Shown in pieces: positions 7,836 through 10,856 of a stretch of 10,856 nucleotides of DNA. The notes beneath the pieces were generated by a model. That model had not been told where the DNA came from, did no database searches, and worked only from the letters and a program-made list of their open reading frames with translations. The stretch is from a bacterium. GTDB lineage: Bacteria > Krumholzibacteriota > Krumholzibacteriia > G020349025. The stretch spans positions 1-10,856 of the forward strand of contig JANLSU010000112.1 in NCBI GenBank assembly GCA_031362565.1. Direction: 5' to 3'. The first letter of the stretch is position 1, and the number at the start of each line of letters is the position of its first letter. The position numbers and the translations under genes are program-made.

Positions 7836-7872
7836 GCGCACTTGGGACAGCCTTTGGCTCACGGGGAGTGCG

Positions 7873-8664
7873 ATGCGGCCGATTCGATTTGTGCTCGTGC
7901 GTCCCGGCAGCGGCGGCAACGTCGGTGCGGCGGCTCGTGCCCTCAAGAACATGGGAGTCGGTTCACTGTGGCTCGTCGATCCACGGCCCTTTGACGCCGT
8001 TGAAGCCGAGCGGCTGGCGCACGGCGCGACCGACGTGCTGGCTCGCGCCCGCCGCGTTGCGACGCTCGCGGAAGCGATCGGCGATTGCCGCTGGATCGTG
8101 GGGACGACGCGCCGGGCGGGCCGGCAGCGCGTCGCAGCGTGGACGCCGCGCGCCTGGGCCGAAGCGGCACATGCGGCTCCCGAACGCCGCCCGTTGGCCG
8201 TGGTCTTCGGCCCCGAGGAAGACGGTTTGAGCGCCGCCGAACTCGCGTGCTGCCACGACATCGTTCGTATTCCAACTCACCCGTCACAACCGTCGCTCAA
8301 CTTGGCGCAAGCAGTTCTGGTGCTGGCGTATGAGTGGTTTGTGGCCAACCCGCGGCGCGAAGCCGCCGCGGTCGCGGTGCGTGACGAGGCCCGGGCGGCG
8401 GAATTAGCCGGGCTCTACGCGCACCTCGAATCGATGCTGTTCGGGGTCGGTTATGTTCGGCCGCACACCGCTCCGCACCGCATGCGGGTGCTGCGCGACA
8501 TCCTGGGCCGAGCGCGGCTCGGCCCGGACGAGGTGCGGCTCTTGCGAGGCGTGTGCCACCAGGTTCTCTGGGCCGTGAATACGCCCTCCGAACGGCGCAC
8601 CGCCGCGGCCAAGCCGCCCGGCAAGACCCGCCGCGGCGCGGCTCGACCGCGGCCGCCGGTTTGA
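7873..8664 (+). CDS. trmJ: TrmJ/LasT-family SPOUT RNA methyltransferase (likely tRNA C32/U32 2'-O-methyltransferase)
   Basis: Motifs VLVRP...GNVGAAARALKNMG, VGTTRR, VVFGPEEDGLS..EL..CH...RIPT and SLNLAQAV, plus a C-terminal helical domain (LESML..VGY...R.ILGRA.L...EV.LLRG). SD GGGGAG. Confidence 0.88.
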   Translation: MRPIRFVLVRPGSGGNVGAAARALKNMGVGSLWLVDPRPFDAVEAERLAHGATDVLARARRVATLAEAIGDCRWIVGTTRRAGRQRVAAWTPRAWAEAAHAAPERRPLAVVFGPEEDGLSAAELACCHDIVRIPTHPSQPSLNLAQAVLVLAYEWFVANPRREAAAVAVRDEARAAELAGLYAHLESMLFGVGYVRPHTAPHRMRVLRDILGRARLGPDEVRLLRGVCHQVLWAVNTPSERRTAAAKPPGKTRRGAARPRPPV

Positions 8665-8689
8665 CCCACCCGCAGGCGAACGGTATCTT
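8661..8689 (+). promoter_or_regulatory. sigma70-type promoter for the GWxTD gene
   Basis: TTGACC (8661-8666, overlapping the trmJ stop), a 17-nt spacer, then TATCTT (8684-8689). The ATG lies 7 nt after the -10. Confidence 0.6.
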
Positions 8690-8695
8690 CAGGGC

Positions 8696-10483
8696 ATGAT
8701 CCGGTCACCGATGCGTTCTGCCATTTGGTTCTGGGCTGCCGCCACCCTCCTCGCCGCGGGAGCTTGGGTCCCCAGCGCGTCGGCAAGAGACAACCGGTTG
8801 CAGGACATCACCGACAAATGGCGCCACACCCGCGGCCAGGATATGCCGGTCGAGGTCTACCTGCGGTCCCTCGTGCAAGCCGATTCTGGATTCGCGGTCG
8901 ACTCGACACGGACACCCGAAAAACTCGCTCCGGAAGCCCGCGCCGCGTTCGCGGGGCTGGTGCCGATCTTGTCACGCGAACTGCAGATGCAGTTCCTGGG
9001 ACTTTCGAGCGACTCGCTGCGCAGTGAGTGGCTGCGGCGCTACTGGCGGTTGCGTGATCCCACCCCCACGACGCCCGAGAACGAGCGCCTCGAAATCCAC
9101 CAGCAGCGCGTCGCCCAAGCGCGCTCGGAATTCGCCGCCAAGAAACCGCCCGGCTGGGACGATCGTGGCGCCATCTGGATCGCGTTCGGGGCGCCGGATT
9201 CGACGATCGAAGAGATGGCGAATGTCGAAGCGGGAGTTGGATTCACGCCGGCGCATCAGGAGTGGCTCTATTTGCGCGAGCGTTGGGTCGTCGAATTCGA
9301 GCGCCCGAATCCGCGCGGCCCGTGGAAGCTTGGACGGTCGTCGGCGCGGCTGTCGTACCAGCCCGACCTCGTGGCGCGCGATCGTGCCCGCCTCGGTTAT
9401 TCGGGCGTTCCGGCCGAAGAACGCGGTCCGGGCGACTATGAACGCATGGGCGACGTGATCGGCCTCCAAGAGGAACGCGAGCTCTTGGCGCAAGGGATCC
9501 GAGACAACGAAATCGATGCGAACGCCGACCGCGACATGATCACCCACAACATTCGCACCGGCATGCGCGCCAAGGATCTGCTGCGCCGGCGCAAGGAAGC
9601 GCTGGTGCGTTTCCGCAAGGAATACGAACACGGCGGCGAGCGATTCCTGCTGCCCGGCACCGCGAAGCCCCCGCTCTGGTACGTATTCGACGTCGACATC
9701 TTCAAAGGCCCGCCGGGCCGCATGCGGGTCGAAGTTCACTATCAACTCAACTTGCAGGATCTCAAGTTCGGCTGGCGGGATTCGCTGTACGCCGCGTCGT
9801 ATCGCGCCGAGGGCGTGCTGCTCGACCGCGCGGCGCGTGAGGTGGCGCGTGACGAATACACCGAACGCATCAAAGCCGATGACTTTCACTCGACAATGGC
9901 GGCGCAACTCGTCCCCGGACAGCTCGCGTTCAACGTCCCGGAAGGCGCCTACCGGCTGGCGATTCGCCTCGTCGATCCGAATTCCAACGCCGAAGGCACG
10001 TACACGACGCGCGTCGAGGTCCCCGAGTTGGATGGCCGCAAACTCGCCCTGTCGGATGTCCTGATGGCATCGTCGATCGTCTACGCGGGCGATGACTGGC
10101 GCTCACGGTTCGTGAAGAAGGACCGGCTCATCGTCCCCAATCCGATTGGCGCCTACGCGCACGGCAAGCAGCTCACCGGTTACTTCGAGATCTACGGCCT
10201 GAAACTGAACCCCGAAGGAACCAGCCGCTACGAGGTCAAGTACACGATCGCGCCACGCAGCTTGACGCGCGCCCAAGGCTGGCTGCCCAAGCCCGGCGCC
10301 GTCGAGAAGCCCTTCGTGTCGTCGAGCTTCACGAACGAAGCAGGCGCTTCCGAGGTCGAAGAAGAACTCCGCGTCGACGTCGACGCTCTCGCGACCGACA
10401 CCTACGATCTCGTCCTCACGGTCCACGACCTCGTCTCCGGCAGCGAAACAACCTCCCGCACCGGATTCTCGCTGCTGAACTGA
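8696..10483 (+). CDS. secreted GWxTD-domain-containing protein
   Basis: Signal peptide ending ASA|RD. The GWxTD-domain pattern is LSSDSLRSEWLRRYWRLRDPTPTTPENE...HQQRV..A...F....GWDDRGAIWIAFGAPD...EWLY (approx. 8942-9331). The C-terminal half is beta-rich (LALSDVLMA..IVPNP..YFEIYGL..YDLVLTVHDLVSG). Confidence 0.85.
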   Translation: MIRSPMRSAIWFWAAATLLAAGAWVPSASARDNRLQDITDKWRHTRGQDMPVEVYLRSLVQADSGFAVDSTRTPEKLAPEARAAFAGLVPILSRELQMQFLGLSSDSLRSEWLRRYWRLRDPTPTTPENERLEIHQQRVAQARSEFAAKKPPGWDDRGAIWIAFGAPDSTIEEMANVEAGVGFTPAHQEWLYLRERWVVEFERPNPRGPWKLGRSSARLSYQPDLVARDRARLGYSGVPAEERGPGDYERMGDVIGLQEERELLAQGIRDNEIDANADRDMITHNIRTGMRAKDLLRRRKEALVRFRKEYEHGGERFLLPGTAKPPLWYVFDVDIFKGPPGRMRVEVHYQLNLQDLKFGWRDSLYAASYRAEGVLLDRAAREVARDEYTERIKADDFHSTMAAQLVPGQLAFNVPEGAYRLAIRLVDPNSNAEGTYTTRVEVPELDGRKLALSDVLMASSIVYAGDDWRSRFVKKDRLIVPNPIGAYAHGKQLTGYFEIYGLKLNPEGTSRYEVKYTIAPRSLTRAQGWLPKPGAVEKPFVSSSFTNEAGASEVEEELRVDVDALATDTYDLVLTVHDLVSGSETTSRTGFSLLN

Positions 10484-10563
10484 CGGACCACACACTCGAG
10501 CATTCGAGCGCGCGTGATAACACCTGATTGCTGAAGCGTGGGGGTCTTCGGGAGCGTGCGCCT

Positions 10564-10587
10564 AGCCGGAGTCGGAGCCGGAGCCGG
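10564..10587. repeat. short tandem hexamer repeat (AGYCGG)x4
   Basis: agccgg agtcgg agccgg agccgg in intergenic DNA. Confidence 0.6.
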
Positions 10588-10629
10588 ACGACGCGGGTGG
10601 CCCGGGCGTGCGATTTGAGGCTGGCGTTG

Positions 10630-10856
10630 CTAGGGCGCCTTGCTCCACTTCAAGCGCCGTCGAGAAGCGGCGCAGTCGCGCAGATACAGGTTGATGAGAG
10701 TCTGATATGGAACGCCCCTCTCGACCGCCAACGCCTTGAAGTAGCCGACGGTTTCGGCATCCAGCCGAATCGTCACCTGCTTCTTCAGTTGCTTCGAGTA
10801 CGGGTTTACTGGCTTCTTCGTCCGAGTCCGAGTAGTCGCACGTCTTCGGAGGTGTG
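10630..10856 (-). pseudogene. BrnA-like (ribbon-helix-helix) antitoxin, probably 5'-frameshifted and running off the window edge
   Basis: Manual translation gives NPYSKQLKKQVTIRLDAETVGYFKALAVERGVPYQTLINLYLRDCAASRRRLKWSKAP* (TAG 10632-10630), a typical BrnA-type core (TIRLD..YFK..G.PYQTLIN.YL). There is no in-frame start upstream of NPY within the window. A YDFS-like segment (KTCDYS) lies in another frame. The family call is firmer than the pseudogene call. Confidence 0.7.

Noticed and set aside
6285..9907. Minus-strand ORFs 6285..7193, 7623..8261 and 8972..9907
   Set aside because: They overlap supported genes and have no recognisable motifs.
10558..10638. attC-like site after the antitoxin (CCCTAGC...GCTAGGC on the minus strand)
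   Set aside because: The invariant AAC/GTT triplets are absent, there are no clear L boxes, and no integrase is in the window.

Overview
High-GC bacterial window with three blocks. (1) A minus-strand surface-glycan precursor cluster at 41-5090: ugd, rfbB/rmlB, wecB and a wecA/tagO-like MraY-family transferase. (2) A divergent plus-strand pair: a zinc-ribbon/DUF2007-like small protein and a secreted protein built from four ~140-aa copies of an uncharacterised Trp/Asp/His-rich domain. It is followed by a convergent DUF2905 membrane protein. (3) A TrmJ/LasT-type SPOUT methyltransferase, a secreted GWxTD-domain protein that appears to be leaderless, and a probably frameshifted BrnA-type antitoxin at the right edge that the ORF track missed. 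The most interesting signals are the four-repeat secreted protein, the candidate promoter architecture (leaderless, bidirectional, palindrome-overlapped), a possibly structured ugd leader and the decaying antitoxin. I see no CRISPR array, rRNA, tRNA or transposase. I cannot support a wholly new multi-gene system from this sequence alone. All family calls come from motif recognition by eye, not from database searches.
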